A program made the translations under genes and the position numbers. 64,000 nt of DNA from NCBI GenBank assembly GCA_963457535.1, contig OY734803.1:89122-153121 (forward strand). Reading direction: 5' to 3'. The DNA is from Arenicellales bacterium (GTDB lineage Bacteria > Pseudomonadota > Gammaproteobacteria > Arenicellales > Poriferihabitantaceae). This document shows, one piece after another, positions 62,714 to 64,000 of the stretch; within the stretch, counting starts at the first letter, position 1; every line of letters begins with the position of its first letter. The notes beneath the pieces were generated by a model. It was not told where the DNA came from. It made no database searches and worked only from the letters and a program-made list of their open reading frames with translations.

Positions 62714-63738
62714 TAAATGCGCCCGTCGGCGACCGCGTGGCAGGCGACGCGCGACGCGCCGGTGTCATGCAATTCCGGCACGACGCGCGCGCATTGCTCG
62801 TCGGCATGCGCGCAGCGGCGGCGGAACACGCAGCCGGACGGAAGGTCCAGCGGCGTCTGCACTTCCCCGGCGAGTTTGATGTGCGCGGATTTTTCCTTGC
62901 CGATTTTTGGGATTGCGCTCAAAAGCGCGCGCGTGTACGGATGGCGCGGCGCGGAAAACACCTCGCGCGTCGCGCCGAGTTCGCAAATCCGCCCGAGATA
63001 CATGACCGCGACGCGGTCGCCGAAATGCCCGACCACCGACAAGTCGTGCGTGATGAAAAGATAGGTCAGCCCGCGCTCCTCGCGCGCGCGCATCAGCAGG
63101 TTCAGCACCTGCGCCTGAATGGAAACATCCAGCGCCGAGATCGGCTCATCGGCGACGATGAATTCCGGATCCACCATCAGCGCGCGCGCGATGCTGATGC
63201 GCTGGCGCTGCCCGCCGGAAAACTCGTGCGGAAAGCGCGCGCCCCATGCCGGATCCACGCCGACCGACCCCATCACCGATTCCACGCGCCGCAGATGCTC
63301 GGCCTCGCTTTGCTCCGGAAAATGAAAACGCGCCGGCTCCAGCAGGGTCTCGGTCACGCGCTTGCGCGGGTTCAGCGACGCATACGGGTTTTGGAAGATC
63401 ATCTGCATCTTCTTTCGGTATGGCAGCATCTCGGCGCGCCGCAGGCGGTCTATGCGCCGCCCGGCGTAATGCACTTCGCCGCCGCTCGGCGCGAGCAGGC
63501 CGATGATCGCGCGCCCGGCGGTGGTCTTGCCGCAGCCGCTCTCGCCGACCAGGCACAGCGCCTCGCCGCGGGCGATGTTCAGGGTGACGCCGTTCAGCGC
63601 TTTCACGCTCTCGCGGCGACGGACGATGCGCCCGCGGCGCAGCGACAACTGCTCCAGAATGCCGCCGGAGATGTCAAATTCCTTGCGCAGGTTTTGCACT
63701 GATACCAGCGCGTCTGAAGTTTCGGGTGCGTTCGGCAT
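62713..63738 (-). CDS. Oligopeptide/dipeptide ABC transporter ATPase (OppF/DppF-like)
   Basis: GESGCGKT, PHEFSGGQRQR, DEPISALDVSIQAQ, HPYT and C-terminal Cys cluster. Confidence 0.93.
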   Translation of the reverse strand: MPNAPETSDALVSVQNLRKEFDISGGILEQLSLRRGRIVRRRESVKALNGVTLNIARGEALCLVGESGCGKTTAGRAIIGLLAPSGGEVHYAGRRIDRLRRAEMLPYRKKMQMIFQNPYASLNPRKRVTETLLEPARFHFPEQSEAEHLRRVESVMGSVGVDPAWGARFPHEFSGGQRQRISIARALMVDPEFIVADEPISALDVSIQAQVLNLLMRAREERGLTYLFITHDLSVVGHFGDRVAVMYLGRICELGATREVFSAPRHPYTRALLSAIPKIGKEKSAHIKLAGEVQTPLDLPSGCVFRRRCAHADEQCARVVPELHDTGASRVACHAVADGRI

Positions 63739-63743
63739 ATGTC

Positions 63744-64000
63744 TTACAGCGGAAAGTGGCAGGCCGCGGCGCGCGCGCCCTGCTCTTCCAAGCGCGGCGT
63801 TTCCGCGGTGCAGCGCGCCTGCGCGAATTCGCAGCGGTCGTGGAACGCGCAGCCGGACGGAATTTCGTGCAGCGACGGCATCACCCCGGGAATTTGTTTG
63901 AGCGGCGTTCCCGGCCGCGCCGCCGCCGGCAGCGCGTCAATCAGCCCGCGCGTATACGGGTGGCGCGGCGCGCCGATGACTTCCGCGGTCGGTCCGCGCT
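63744..64000 (-). CDS. Oligopeptide ABC transporter ATPase (OppD/DppD-like), C-terminal fragment
   Basis: Manual translation ...PRHPYTRGLIDALP...IPGVMPSL...GCAFHDRC...AACHFPL*; start lies beyond the window. Confidence 0.85.
   Translation of the reverse strand, partial: RGPTAEVIGAPRHPYTRGLIDALPAAARPGTPLKQIPGVMPSLHEIPSGCAFHDRCEFAQARCTAETPRLEEQGARAAACHFPL

Overview
GC-rich proteobacterial chromosome segment, most likely Gammaproteobacteria. A host-associated (e.g. sponge symbiont) lifestyle is only inferred, from a giant FN3/dockerin-like protein and a lone qNOR. The window appears to span the replication terminus: a dif-like site lies at 34273-34300 and KOPS motifs converge on it from both sides. 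The core content is ccmA-G (interrupted by a 1626-aa FN3 repeat protein), dinB, panC-gph-ubiG, mtaD/metY, a glyoxylate aminotransferase + malyl-CoA lyase + acs cluster, qNOR with an FNR-type box, a metB-like gene, pit/DUF47, a CDF transporter, a Rhizobium-type glycerol ABC (glp) cluster, comM, purF-cvpA-dedD-folC-accD-trpF-truA and dpp/opp ATPases. Accessory content is (i) a lone nuclease-NACHT gene, (ii) a C5-methyltransferase + ParB-like + PD-(D/E)xK-like operon with a frameshifted GIY-YIG-like gene (best candidate for an undescribed defence system), (iii) an orphan PBECR-like nuclease, (iv) an uncharacterised ferric-reductase/Rieske four-gene module and (v) a LolA-like/MMPL operon with two tandem variable outer-membrane paralogs. 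Host genes strongly avoid TCGA and AGCT, while the defence islands are rich in TCGA. No rRNA, tRNA, CRISPR array, transposase or integrase was seen. All calls come from reading motifs by eye, without database searches.
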